From positions 96,001 through 160,000 of the IMG/VR virus record IMGVR_UViG_3300045988_034373: a DNA stretch of 64,000 nucleotides. One strand, 5' to 3'. Below are positions 1-9,449 of this stretch, in pieces. This DNA comes from a virus. The notes below the pieces were generated by a model that did not search any database, had not been told where the DNA came from, and saw only the letters and a list, made by a program, of their open reading frames with translations. The stretch's first letter is position 1. Each line of letters opens with the position of its first letter. A program made the translations under genes and the position numbers.

Positions 1-1
1 C

Positions 2-838
2 CCAGAGCATAGAGTTAGATTCAATAACGATGATGTTCGTAATATGTTAGGTGACTATTGGGTTCCTAACAGAGAGAAGGTTGTTACTGCAACTTATAAC
101 ACTGTACTAGCTTATAGTATGGAGAAAGGTTATAATATTGTAGTTGATAACATGAACCTTAATCCTAAGACTTGTACTGAGTTAGAGAAGATGGTTAAGG
201 ACTTTAACGAGAATTATATCTATGATTGGAAGTATGAAGTTGAATACAAAGACTTCTTCATCCCAGTTGAAGAGTGTATTCGTCGTGATGCTATGAGACC
301 TAATCCAATAGGAGAGAAGGTTATTAAAGCAACCTGGAGAAGGTATCGTGATTTTATTATCCAAGAAGATATTAAAGGTATGTTAAAGAGAGCACCTAAG
401 CATGTAGATGGCGGACGTCCTGTTATATTAGTAGACATGGACGCTACATTATGTCTAAATACCACTGGTAGACCTTACTTCGGAGAAGGCGCAGCTGAGG
501 GTATGCTGGATGATATAGCTATCGAAGGTACTTGTATGCTTGTTAGACGTATGTATGAGAAGTGTAAGGTATTCATTGTTACTGGTAGGGAAGGTACTCC
601 AGAAATCATAGCTGCCACTAAGAAGTGGTTAGCTAAGCATGATGTTGTTGTCGATGAGTTATTCTTTAGACCAGTTAAGGATTATAGTCCTGGAGCTGAT
701 TGTAAGAAGAAAATCTATGAGGATAATATCAAAGGTAAGTATAATGTTCAATTCGTTCTTGAGGATAACTATAAGTGTGTCAAGATGTGGAGAGAACAAG
801 GCTTAGTATGCTTGCAACCTAATGAAGGAAAGTTCTAA
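2..838 (+). CDS. polynucleotide 5'-kinase / 3'-phosphatase (T4 PseT/Pnkp-like), 5' end outside the window
   Basis: The frame is open from nt 2, with no stop before the ATG at 44. The C-terminal half of a kinase domain is visible (VVDNMNLNPKT, RRDAMRPNPIGEKVIK). It is followed by a HAD phosphatase with the DxDxT motif LVDMDATL, IVTGR, a Lys cluster and LEDN. Confidence 0.7.
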   Translation, partial: PEHRVRFNNDDVRNMLGDYWVPNREKVVTATYNTVLAYSMEKGYNIVVDNMNLNPKTCTELEKMVKDFNENYIYDWKYEVEYKDFFIPVEECIRRDAMRPNPIGEKVIKATWRRYRDFIIQEDIKGMLKRAPKHVDGGRPVILVDMDATLCLNTTGRPYFGEGAAEGMLDDIAIEGTCMLVRRMYEKCKVFIVTGREGTPEIIAATKKWLAKHDVVVDELFFRPVKDYSPGADCKKKIYEDNIKGKYNVQFVLEDNYKCVKMWREQGLVCLQPNEGKF

Positions 839-1006
839 TGGCAATATTAGTAGGACAGCTAATTGAAATACTGAAACAATTCGACCCTGATAGAGAAGTG
901 GTAATACACACTCTTTAAAAATGTTGACGTTAATGGGTACTTTGTGCAGAAAGATATAAATGATACCAATTTTTTACTTAACAGACTTAGACGTAATTCC
1001 ACGTGA
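838..1006 (+). CDS. small hypothetical protein encoded in two frames (838-918, then +1 frame 917-1006)
   Basis: The ATG overlaps the upstream stop (TAATG). Twenty-six codons (MAILVGQLIEILKQFDPDREVVIHTL) end at TAA 916-918 inside CTT-TAA-A. The +1 frame stays open for 29 more codons (KNVDVNGYFVQKDINDTNFLLNRLRRNST). Its TGA (1004-1006) overlaps the GTG of the next ORF (GTGA coupling). Confidence 0.35.
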
Positions 1007-1341
1007 CTGATTTGGATAAGAGGTTCTTAACTAATACTGATGAAACTGGTAGGTTTATTGTTAAATCTCTAGTTACTGGCAAGAAGTATTATGTTGAACC
1101 AATAGGCAATGGACACCCTGCTGATTGGGGTGATATTAACCCTGCTACTAAGAAGGTAGAGGGAGATTATGGTCAGAAATATACTGGCTGTGTATCTGAG
1201 AAGGAATCATTAATAACTCCTGAGAATGGTTTCAAACTTATTGAAACTCTTGAAGCTGGTATGAGTCCACTTAGTGTAGTATATCAAAGAGATTTGGAAT
1301 ATGAGAAACTAATGGACAAATCAAATGAAATTCAAGGGTGA
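1003..1341 (+). CDS. hypothetical protein
   Basis: 112-aa ORF with a GTG start overlapping the preceding TGA. No motif recognised. Confidence 0.5.
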   Translation: MTDLDKRFLTNTDETGRFIVKSLVTGKKYYVEPIGNGHPADWGDINPATKKVEGDYGQKYTGCVSEKESLITPENGFKLIETLEAGMSPLSVVYQRDLEYEKLMDKSNEIQG

Positions 1342-1864
1342 TATTATTATAACAGACCCATGTTATATAATTAAAGAAGACTCTGATGATTGGAGTAAGT
1401 GTGGTTGGGGTGAGAGCATGAGTGTACTAGGTCTTACAACCTATATCTCTGAATCTACTCTTTATGGTGATTGGAGTTGTTCTACTTGGTCTACACCTCG
1501 TAAGGATGTAGAAGCACAGTTAGAAGAGCTTAATACTCTAGGAAGAGCAAGATGGGAACTTATGAAGCAGTATGGAGAAGACTCAGTTCAAGCTAAAATC
1601 TACGATGATAAGATAGCTGATGCATCTTTAAACATCAAGAAAATTGGACACTTCTGTGCTGATGCTGGTATGGTGGCTGTGTTCCTATTGGACGAAGTAT
1701 TGAAATATAATCCCGACTTCGATTATCATATTAACAGAGAGTGGACTACTACACTAATCAAAGACTTTGATGGTGAAGTAAACTACTACGTTGATAATGA
1801 AGATGATGCTCACATCATCGGAGTAGGTAATGTTAACTTCTTCACTACACAAACAGGATTCTAA
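1325..1864 (+). CDS. hypothetical protein
   Basis: 179-aa ORF overlapping the previous gene by 17 nt. GDIIITDPCY ... FCADAGMVAVF gives a loose resemblance to DUF4241-type proteins, which is not secure. Confidence 0.55.
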   Translation: MKFKGDIIITDPCYIIKEDSDDWSKCGWGESMSVLGLTTYISESTLYGDWSCSTWSTPRKDVEAQLEELNTLGRARWELMKQYGEDSVQAKIYDDKIADASLNIKKIGHFCADAGMVAVFLLDEVLKYNPDFDYHINREWTTTLIKDFDGEVNYYVDNEDDAHIIGVGNVNFFTTQTGF

Positions 1865-1865
1865 T

Positions 1866-2108
1866 ATGAAATTCAATTTGTACGAAGACGTAAAGGTATG
1901 TACTTGGCGTAGATACTCTTACGAAGTAGAAGCTGAAACATTAGAGGAAGCTGTTGAGCTGGTTAGAGATGGGGAGGTAGATAGTACTGACATGGAAGAG
2001 TTCTATGATGCTGACTACTTTCTAACTCCTGCAAACAATGAAGGTCGTGCCACACAAGAAATCTATTCAGCTAAAGATGATAAATTGTTGTACTCAAATA
2101 CAGATTAA
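1866..2108 (+). CDS. hypothetical acidic protein
   Basis: The ATG at 1866, just after the upstream TAA, is preferred over the track start at 1830. 80 aa. Confidence 0.5.
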   Translation: MKFNLYEDVKVCTWRRYSYEVEAETLEEAVELVRDGEVDSTDMEEFYDADYFLTPANNEGRATQEIYSAKDDKLLYSNTD

Positions 2109-2110
2109 CA

Positions 2111-2869
2111 ATGTATAAGTTTAATGGAGGAAATGGCGCTGTAGTCTGTGATGGATGTAGTGTCATTATGGAACAGAATATTCCATTTGATAAGTATCGT
2201 AAGGAGCATAGTGGTTATGACTTCTGCGAACAATGCCTAAGTAATCTTACTATAGTGGATAACTTTGATATGATTGAGAATATCTTGGAATTTAACAACC
2301 AAGATGAGTTCTACTTTCTACAGATTATCCAACGTAAGAAAGATGGCAATGTAACTCAAATTGGAAACAATGGTTATAGAACTATCAAGACTTACTATAT
2401 CTTTAGTAAAGACCAGTTCCTAACCAAGAAAGAGAAGATTAAAGAACTATGCCTCAAGAATAATGCTAGAGCATACATCCATCTTAATAGAAGGAATGCT
2501 CAAGAGGTAGCATTGGCTTCAATCCAACAATATGCCAAATTAGTTTCAGAAGGTAACTCTTACCAGGGTTACAGAGTATGGGATAGTGCGTGTGGTGGAA
2601 ATAGAGCTAGAGGCTATAAACCATTGTGGGTGGTTGATGTAGACTCCAAAGACCCAGAATATTTAAAGACAGTTATTGAACTGGTTAATGAATGTAGGGG
2701 TGCTGAGGAGAATAAGGTAAGGTATCAAATTCCTACACTACATGGTTATCATCTAATAACTATTGGATTCGATGTTCAACAGTTCAGCCAAAAGCTGGCT
2801 ATTAAGAACATGGACCCGATTGATATTCAGAAGGATAATCCTACTTTGTTGTATTATGCAACTGTTTAA
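2111..2869 (+). CDS. zinc-ribbon protein with a DxD / G-x-H / D acidic-motif domain (possible AEP primase-polymerase or Pol-beta-type nucleotidyltransferase)
   Basis: N-terminal CDGC...CEQC. The C-terminal half carries CGGNRARGYKPLWVVDVDS, TLHGYHLIT and PIDIQKDNPTLLYY. The function is tentative. Confidence 0.6.
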   Translation: MYKFNGGNGAVVCDGCSVIMEQNIPFDKYRKEHSGYDFCEQCLSNLTIVDNFDMIENILEFNNQDEFYFLQIIQRKKDGNVTQIGNNGYRTIKTYYIFSKDQFLTKKEKIKELCLKNNARAYIHLNRRNAQEVALASIQQYAKLVSEGNSYQGYRVWDSACGGNRARGYKPLWVVDVDSKDPEYLKTVIELVNECRGAEENKVRYQIPTLHGYHLITIGFDVQQFSQKLAIKNMDPIDIQKDNPTLLYYATV

Positions 2870-2928
2870 GGCTTTAGAAATAAGTGCTGTATTAGATTAC
2901 TCGTTAGGATTTATAAAAGCAAAACACA

Positions 2929-3153
2929 ATGAGTAATTTACCATTAGGAGCAGAGAATGACCCTTTTGCTCCGTACAACGTTCAAGAAGAGACGTTCAAA
3001 TTTGACTTGGGTGTTAAAGGTATAGCATGGTATGAATACTATGGCTATTTAGACATTGATGAAGCTAAGGAGACTATTAAGCAACGTCTTACAGCAGCTT
3101 TATCACAGCTTGGAGATATTGATATTAATGATGTAGACATAGCTATATATTAA
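2929..3153 (+). CDS. hypothetical protein
   Basis: 74-aa ORF. Its stop overlaps the polA start (TAATG). Confidence 0.5.
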   Translation: MSNLPLGAENDPFAPYNVQEETFKFDLGVKGIAWYEYYGYLDIDEAKETIKQRLTAALSQLGDIDINDVDIAIY

Positions 3154-5321
3154 TGATATATTTAGTAACCAAGCAACAGTCTCTTTGGGCTTCTGACAGA
3201 TATAAGGTCATTAGTGCTGAAGAGGCTTTAGAACTATTAGCACCTCTCAGTGTAGTAGAGCTGGATACTGAAACTATGGGTTTAGACCCGTATACTAAGG
3301 AACTATTAACTGTTCAACTTGGTTGTGCAGACTTCCAAGTAGTTATTGATTGTACATCTGTTGATATACACCTATTTAAGGAGTATATGGAGAATCCACA
3401 AAGGATGTTCTTAGGTTGGAATATTAAGTTTGACTTGAAATTCCTATATCACCAGAGAATCATTCCCATGAGGGTTTATGATGGTTATCTAGCCGAGAAA
3501 TTACTTTGGCTAGGCTATCCAGCAGGTATGCACGAGATGAGCTTGAAGGCTGCTAGTATCAATTATCTAGGAGTAGATATGGATAAGTCTGTACGAGGTA
3601 AGATTATACAGACTGGATTAACAGAAGATGTTATTGTGTATGCTGCTGGTGATGTCTCTTATCTGGGTAAGATTAGAGATAAGCAACTTGAACAACTCGA
3701 AGCTAAAGGCTTATTAAAGGCTATTGACTTTGAAAATGAGTTTGTTAAGTGTCTAGCATATATAGAATATTGTGGGGCTAAGTTAGACGTAGGTAAGTGG
3801 AGAATTAAAATGACTACTGACCTTAATAACCTTGAAAGATATGAAGCAGAGCTAAATGATTGGGTAGAGCGTTATTGTCATGAATATAGTGATAAGAGCT
3901 ATACTATCAATCAAGTTATCCATATTGATAAATGGTATAAGACAGAGGATGCACTCAAAGAAGAGAGAGCTAAATTACCTCTTAATGCTGTTAGAGCACC
4001 AGAGTTTGATTCTACTGGAGCGAGTCATGACAGTGAAGCTTATGTCATTAAGCAAACTGGTAACTATTGTTCTGTAAATATGCAGGGCGATTTGTTCAGT
4101 GGGTTTGATACTAAGCCAAGATGTCATATAAACTGGACTAGTTCCCAACAAGTAATCCCATTGTTTGAAGAATTGGGATTGAATCTAAGAGTATTGGATA
4201 AGAAGACCAAGCATTATAAGAAGTCTGTGGATATTAAAGTGGTAGAACCGCAGGCATCTAAGAGTCCTCTAATTCCAATCTATATAAAGTACAAGAAAGC
4301 TGCTATCATCGTTAATACCTTTGGTCAGAAGTTCTTGAACTTGATAAACCCCGTTACTGGTAGAATACATGCCAATTTCAATCAGTTAGGAACGGATACT
4401 GGTAGGTTAAGTTCAACAGAACCTAATCTACAGAATCTACCACATGATGCTCAGACTAGAGCGTGCTTTGTTTCCGATACAGGTAACAAATGGATTTCAG
4501 CCGATTATAGTGGTCAAGAGTCATATCTAATGGCATCTATGGCTAACGATGAGGCTATGTTAGAAGAACTTACTAATGGTAGTGGTGACTTGCATAGTCT
4601 AACCGCCAAGATGGTATTCCAGCAAATCCCAAGGGATATGCCCCTAAAGGATATTAAGAAGAACTTTAAAGACCTAAGGCAAGAAGCCAAAGGTTATGAG
4701 TTCTGTTTCAATTATGGTGGTCAAGACAGTACCTTAATAAGGAATTATGGTCTTGATGCCAAGAGAGCTAAAGAAATCTATGAGAACTATATGTCAGGTT
4801 TTGCTGGCTTAAAGAGGTATCAGGATTTCAGAAGAGTAGATGTTATGCGTAAAGGTTATATCTTATTAAGTAAGATAACTGGTCATAAAGCATATATCTA
4901 TGATTATGATGAACTTAAAAGACAAATGGATAAGCAAGAAGACCCTGAGTTCTGGGCTTATTATAGAGAAATGAAGCAGGAAGACCCTGATTGTGACACT
5001 GTACAAGGTGTTAGACGTTTAGCCAGGCGTAAAGCAGAGTCTGAGAAGCAATCTATTAATTATCCAATTCAGGCTGCTGGTGCATTGTGTTTTAAGTTAG
5101 CATCTATAAAGCTATTCAACTGGCTATTAAAGAATGGCTTGTTATTCAAGGTTAAATATTGTATTCCAGTACATGATGAAATTAATCTTGAAGCTCCAGA
5201 AGAGATTTCACAAGAAGTTGCAGATATATTAGTTAAGTGCATGGTAAGTGCAGGTAAACCATTCTGTACAAGAGCACATTTAGGTGCTGATGTAGAGATT
5301 GGCGACCATTGGATTCATTAA
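3153..5321 (+). CDS. polA: family A DNA polymerase with 3'-5' exonuclease domain
   Basis: Exo I ELDTETMGLDP. RIHANFNQLGTDTGRLSSTEPNLQNLP. Motif A DYSGQESYL. Motif B RQEAKGYEFCFNYGG. Motif C IPVHDEINLE. Confidence 0.9.
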   Translation: MIYLVTKQQSLWASDRYKVISAEEALELLAPLSVVELDTETMGLDPYTKELLTVQLGCADFQVVIDCTSVDIHLFKEYMENPQRMFLGWNIKFDLKFLYHQRIIPMRVYDGYLAEKLLWLGYPAGMHEMSLKAASINYLGVDMDKSVRGKIIQTGLTEDVIVYAAGDVSYLGKIRDKQLEQLEAKGLLKAIDFENEFVKCLAYIEYCGAKLDVGKWRIKMTTDLNNLERYEAELNDWVERYCHEYSDKSYTINQVIHIDKWYKTEDALKEERAKLPLNAVRAPEFDSTGASHDSEAYVIKQTGNYCSVNMQGDLFSGFDTKPRCHINWTSSQQVIPLFEELGLNLRVLDKKTKHYKKSVDIKVVEPQASKSPLIPIYIKYKKAAIIVNTFGQKFLNLINPVTGRIHANFNQLGTDTGRLSSTEPNLQNLPHDAQTRACFVSDTGNKWISADYSGQESYLMASMANDEAMLEELTNGSGDLHSLTAKMVFQQIPRDMPLKDIKKNFKDLRQEAKGYEFCFNYGGQDSTLIRNYGLDAKRAKEIYENYMSGFAGLKRYQDFRRVDVMRKGYILLSKITGHKAYIYDYDELKRQMDKQEDPEFWAYYREMKQEDPDCDTVQGVRRLARRKAESEKQSINYPIQAAGALCFKLASIKLFNWLLKNGLLFKVKYCIPVHDEINLEAPEEISQEVADILVKCMVSAGKPFCTRAHLGADVEIGDHWIH

Positions 5322-5322
5322 T

Positions 5323-5544
5323 ATGGGTAAATATTTAGACTTAAGCTCAGTAATTGATGTTGAACCACCTGTATCACAGGTATTACCTCTCATTGAGGAT
5401 GAAGACCTCCAAGATGAATTCTGGCAAAGACTTGATGAAGGATTCTTCAGAGACTTTGTTGAAGATTACTGTAAACAGCAGGACATCGAGATAATGAGGG
5501 AGATAATCGAAGAGGCATATCAATCATCTATTGATGCAGACTGA
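5323..5544 (+). CDS. hypothetical acidic protein
   Basis: The ATG at 5323, just after the polA stop, is preferred over 5299. 73 aa and Asp/Glu-rich. Confidence 0.45.
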   Translation: MGKYLDLSSVIDVEPPVSQVLPLIEDEDLQDEFWQRLDEGFFRDFVEDYCKQQDIEIMREIIEEAYQSSIDAD

Positions 5545-6061
5545 AATTGAAAGGAAGTTCCTAACTACTAACAGCTTGTTCAAAGAGCAGGCTGTTAGGG
5601 TTATGGACATACGTCAAGGATACATAGGGATTACCGATAAGGGAGAAGCTAGAGTATCTATAAGGGATGAGAAGGCATGGATTATAGTCAAGTCCAATGA
5701 AAGACTATCAAGATTGGAGTATGAAATTCCTATTCCTAAGAAGGATGCAGAGGAGTTACTTACAAGAACCTGCGGTAGAGTTATTCATAAGACTCGTTAT
5801 ATTATTCCAGCAACATCTGGTATGTTGAAATGGGAAGTAGATGAGTTCCATGAAGAGGACGACGGGCTAATTATTGCCGAGATAGAGTTACCATCAGAGG
5901 ACACACAGTTTGATAAACCTCAATGGCTTGGTAAAGAAGTAACACAAGATAGTACTTATTATAACTCTACACTCTCTAAGACGCCTTGGAAAGCTATTCA
6001 GAAGTTACATGCTGAAGCTAAAGCCTGGGATGATTGGAGAGATTCATTAGTAAAGAAATGA
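5534..6061 (+). CDS. CYTH-domain (triphosphate tunnel metalloenzyme) protein
   Basis: N-terminal ExExK signature (TEIERKFL), plus the later acidic strands WEVDEF and IIAEIEL. Confidence 0.7.
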   Translation: MQTEIERKFLTTNSLFKEQAVRVMDIRQGYIGITDKGEARVSIRDEKAWIIVKSNERLSRLEYEIPIPKKDAEELLTRTCGRVIHKTRYIIPATSGMLKWEVDEFHEEDDGLIIAEIELPSEDTQFDKPQWLGKEVTQDSTYYNSTLSKTPWKAIQKLHAEAKAWDDWRDSLVKK

Positions 6062-6324
6062 AGTATAGGAAGAAACCAGTTATCATTGAAGCTATACAGT
6101 TTGAAGACAATGCAGATTGTATATTAGCTATTCATGAGTTTATGGGGCAGGAAACTACAAGAGTCAACTATGAGGATAAAGATAATCCTTATATAAAGAT
6201 TGAAACTCTTGAAGGTACTATGAAAGCCTCAGTCGGAGATTATATCATCAAAGGTGTGAACGGAGAGTTCTATCCTTGTAAGCCAGATATATTTGAGAAA
6301 ACTTATGAGGAAGTTACTGAATGA
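6058..6324 (+). CDS. hypothetical protein
   Basis: ATGA overlap with the CYTH stop. 88 aa (MKYRKKPVIIEAIQF...). Confidence 0.5.
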   Translation: MKYRKKPVIIEAIQFEDNADCILAIHEFMGQETTRVNYEDKDNPYIKIETLEGTMKASVGDYIIKGVNGEFYPCKPDIFEKTYEEVTE

Positions 6325-7283
6325 AGCTGATTAAACCGTCATTTGAAATACTAGAACAAAAGCCTGGATTAGATGGGCTGTTACAACACATAGAAAGATG
6401 TGGTAGAACTTGTTATAAGTCGGAAGATAAAATAACAGAGGATAGTGCAGAGAAATTTGTAGGTATGTTAGTCAAACGTGGTCATACTGCGATGGTTGAG
6501 CATGGTACTGTATATTTGAAGTACGATATTATTGAGCATGGTTCTATGAACCTCCCAAATAAGTATCACTTCAATGAGTATTCTGTAGTAACTATCAATA
6601 ATGAACCTCTTCATGGATATGAAATTCCAGAATATAAAGAGAAGTTCAACGGACACACATATGCTTATATAACTACTAACTATAGAGTACTACTTCAGAA
6701 TGACTGGTTGGATGACCTTAAGTATCAGTGTGAGCCTTCAGAACACCACGTTAAGCGTGTTACTGTTAAGTTTGTATGCGATAGAGGTGTATCTCATGAG
6801 TTCGTAAGGCATAGAGTCTTTAGCTTTGCTCAAGAGAGTACTAGGTATTGTAATTATTCGAAGGATAAGTTTGGTGGAGATTGCACCTTCATTATTCCAT
6901 CCTGGATTGATAGTGGTGACTTTGAAATTCCTAGAACTCTACGTTGGGGTGAAAACCTAACTTATGAGGTAGAGAGAATTACTGGAGACTATAACAATGC
7001 TCCTTTAAGTGTATATTTGCAAAGCTTATTACAGGCAGAAGAAGCATATATGGAGTTGCTAAAGGAGGGTTGGATAGCTCAACAAGCTAGAGCAGTTCTT
7101 CCTAATAGTTTAAAGACCGAGTTAATTATGACTGGTACTATTGAGCAATGGGAAGGATTCTTTAAACTGAGATGTGCAAAGGACGCTCATCCTCAAGCTA
7201 GGGAGTTGGCGGTACCTCTGTATGAAGAGTTTGTCAAACGAGGATATATTACCGCACGAATATCTAAGGAGATATTATGCTAA
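6321..7283 (+). CDS. thyX: flavin-dependent thymidylate synthase ThyX
   Basis: ThyX signature RHRxxSxxxxSxR, present as RHRVFSFAQESTRY. ATGA start overlap with the previous gene. Confidence 0.85.
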   Translation: MKLIKPSFEILEQKPGLDGLLQHIERCGRTCYKSEDKITEDSAEKFVGMLVKRGHTAMVEHGTVYLKYDIIEHGSMNLPNKYHFNEYSVVTINNEPLHGYEIPEYKEKFNGHTYAYITTNYRVLLQNDWLDDLKYQCEPSEHHVKRVTVKFVCDRGVSHEFVRHRVFSFAQESTRYCNYSKDKFGGDCTFIIPSWIDSGDFEIPRTLRWGENLTYEVERITGDYNNAPLSVYLQSLLQAEEAYMELLKEGWIAQQARAVLPNSLKTELIMTGTIEQWEGFFKLRCAKDAHPQARELAVPLYEEFVKRGYITARISKEILC

Positions 7284-7405
7284 CAATACAAGTACTAATA
7301 GAGTATCCAGACCCAATGGATAACTGTCTACCTCCTCAAATCTACATCAGAGAATGGCGAGAGGTAGAAGTTACTCCAGAAGAGTGGTACAGAGTACTTT
7401 GCTAA
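7277..7405 (+). CDS. possible small ORF (42 aa)
   Basis: The ATG overlaps the thyX end (MLTIQVLIEYPDPMDNCLPPQIYIREWREVEVTPEEWYRVLC). It fills an otherwise non-coding gap, and there is no other support. Confidence 0.25.
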   Translation: MLTIQVLIEYPDPMDNCLPPQIYIREWREVEVTPEEWYRVLC

Positions 7406-7439
7406 TCCTATTGGACACCATTATTACAGAGTATAAATT

Positions 7440-7679
7440 ATGAAAATTAATTACACATCTGGATGTACCTGCGATAGTTTAACTATTGATGGTAAAGAAT
7501 CTGCGGATTTATCTCCGAAAGTTATTAAAGATGCTATAGTAAGAGCATTGGAGAAGATTGATGATATATCAACTCTTCAAGACATCTTGACAACTGTAGC
7601 TGAGACTGGAGAGTATGAAGATTTAGGACATTGTGAACAATGTGGAGATTGGATAACCTCCTATACTCTTGAAATTTGA
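7440..7679 (+). CDS. hypothetical protein
   Basis: 79-aa ORF with a C-terminal CEQCGD. Confidence 0.5.
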   Translation: MKINYTSGCTCDSLTIDGKESADLSPKVIKDAIVRALEKIDDISTLQDILTTVAETGEYEDLGHCEQCGDWITSYTLEI

Positions 7680-7680
7680 T

Positions 7681-8368
7681 ATGAAGGCTGAGGAGTACTT
7701 TGGTGACTGGATTGATGTTATTGACAAAGAGGAATTACGTAGAGTAGCAACTTGGGTTAATAAGATTAATTCAGCTAATCTATGTCCTTTCTCCTAAGAA
7801 CATCTTTAAGGCATTTAGGGCTTGCTCATTTAAGGACTGCAAGGTAGTCTTTCTTGGGCAAGACCCTTATCCTCAAAGAGGGGTAGCTACTGGGATACTA
7901 TTTGGTAATTCAGAAGATACTTCTGAGGAGTATCTATCTCCTTCACTTAAAGTAGTTAAAGAGGCTGCTATTAATTATGAAATTCCCCATAACCTTATAG
8001 AGTTTGACAATACGTTAGAGTCTTGGGCTAAGCAAGGAATCTTAATGATTAATACTGCTCTTACTTGTGAAGTAGGTAAAGTTGGAGCACACTTTGACAT
8101 ATGGAAACCCTTTATGTCTAAGTTGATTCACAACATGAGCTATAAAGACGGAGGTATGATTTATGTTCTGTTTGGTAGTCAAGCTGAGTTATTCAAGAAT
8201 GATATAGTAAACAGTCTGAAGACTATTGAGGTATATCATCCAGCATATTATGCTAGGACTGGTAAGAAGATGCCTAGTAGTGTGTTCACTGATATTAATC
8301 AAGCATTGAAGCAGCAATATAACTATCAAATAGAATTTTACAAGGAGACAGAATATGGAACATGTTAA
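7681..8368 (+). CDS. ung: uracil-DNA glycosylase, family 1; requires a +1 frame change at 7795
   Basis: Frame 1 (7681-7797) encodes the Ung N-terminus, ending LCPFS-TAA. Frame 2 is open from 7748 with no start codon before 8045. It encodes KNIFKAF, VVFLGQDPY, LESWAKQGILMINTALT and VYHPAYY, so the catalytic Asp, Tyr, Asn and His positions are all present. Confidence 0.75.
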
Positions 8369-8561
8369 TAGAAAGTCGGTGAATGATAAGCTACGTAAGT
8401 ATGACCATTTAGCTAAGGAAGATGACTTCATTGAGGTTACAGAATGGGCTAATGGTGAAGGTTGGGATGTTACTATAAATGATAGGGTAATCCCACTAAC
8501 TCGTGGCGAATTAGATGCCATTGACTATCTGACTAAAGGTTTAGATTACGATACTAAATAA
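8355..8561 (+). CDS. hypothetical protein
   Basis: 68-aa ORF overlapping the ung end. Confidence 0.5.
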   Translation: MEHVNRKSVNDKLRKYDHLAKEDDFIEVTEWANGEGWDVTINDRVIPLTRGELDAIDYLTKGLDYDTK

Positions 8562-8572
8562 TAATTGAAAAG

Positions 8573-9223
8573 ATGAAAGAACAGAAGTTTGAATTTAGTG
8601 CTAAGAACACCTTCTTCACCTCTGACACTCACTTTGGTCATGCTAACATTATAAAGTTATGCAATAGACCATTTAAGGATGTTGGGGAGATGAATGAAAA
8701 GTTGATTGAGAACTGGAATAAAGTAGTCCCAGAGGACGGTACAGTCTTCCACTTGGGAGATTTTGCCTTCGGTGGTAGTGGACTATGGAACAGTGTTATC
8801 CCTCGTCTGAATGGACAAATCTACTTGATTATAGGTAATCATGATAGAAAGAATCTAAGACAAGGTTATATGGATAAGTTTACAGCTGTATTACCACAGA
8901 TGCAGATTCAAATAGAGAAGAGAAGTATCTACTTGAATCATTATCCATTCCTGTGTTATGGAGGTTCATATCGTGACGATGCTGATGCTGTATGGCAGTT
9001 ATTCGGCCACGTTCATTCTGGTCCTACTAGTTCTGGATTGGATTGTGATAGGTTAGTTCATCTATTCCCATATCAGTATGATGTAGGTGTAGATAACAAC
9101 AATTATACTCCAATCTCTTGGGAAGAAGTAAAGACAAAGATTCAGCACCAAATAGATGAAGGAGTAGAGAAATCTGTCAAGGAACACACAATTCCTGACG
9201 AAGTGTATAAACTAAATGACTAA
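8573..9223 (+). CDS. calcineurin-like metallophosphoesterase
   Basis: Motifs SDTHFGH, GDFAFGG, GNHD and GHVH. Confidence 0.75.
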   Translation: MKEQKFEFSAKNTFFTSDTHFGHANIIKLCNRPFKDVGEMNEKLIENWNKVVPEDGTVFHLGDFAFGGSGLWNSVIPRLNGQIYLIIGNHDRKNLRQGYMDKFTAVLPQMQIQIEKRSIYLNHYPFLCYGGSYRDDADAVWQLFGHVHSGPTSSGLDCDRLVHLFPYQYDVGVDNNNYTPISWEEVKTKIQHQIDEGVEKSVKEHTIPDEVYKLND

Positions 9224-9443
9224 AATATCTTTAGAAATCGACGGTAGGGTATTATCTATGGAGTTACCTTATAATGATGCAACAGCGGAAGAACTTATTA
9301 AGGGCTTTTGTACACTGATGCATGGTCAGACATTCCTTATCTGTACTATTAAGGACTCTCTAAGAGAAGCTGCCCAAGATTATAAGGAGGATATAGAATT
9401 AGGTTATGAATCCAAACACTCTGAGGAAGATTTAAAAGGCTAG
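9216..9443 (+). CDS. hypothetical protein
   Basis: 75-aa ORF overlapping the previous stop. Confidence 0.45.
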   Translation: MTKISLEIDGRVLSMELPYNDATAEELIKGFCTLMHGQTFLICTIKDSLREAAQDYKEDIELGYESKHSEEDLKG

Positions 9444-9449
9444 AAGCTG

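Noticed and set aside
3880-4077. 65-aa alternative-frame ORF inside polA.
   Set aside because: It is embedded in a conserved polymerase reading frame and has no independent signal.
8189-8521. 110-aa - strand ORF across the ung 3' end.
   Set aside because: It lies opposite conserved UDG motifs and the next + strand gene. The whole early block is co-oriented on the + strand.
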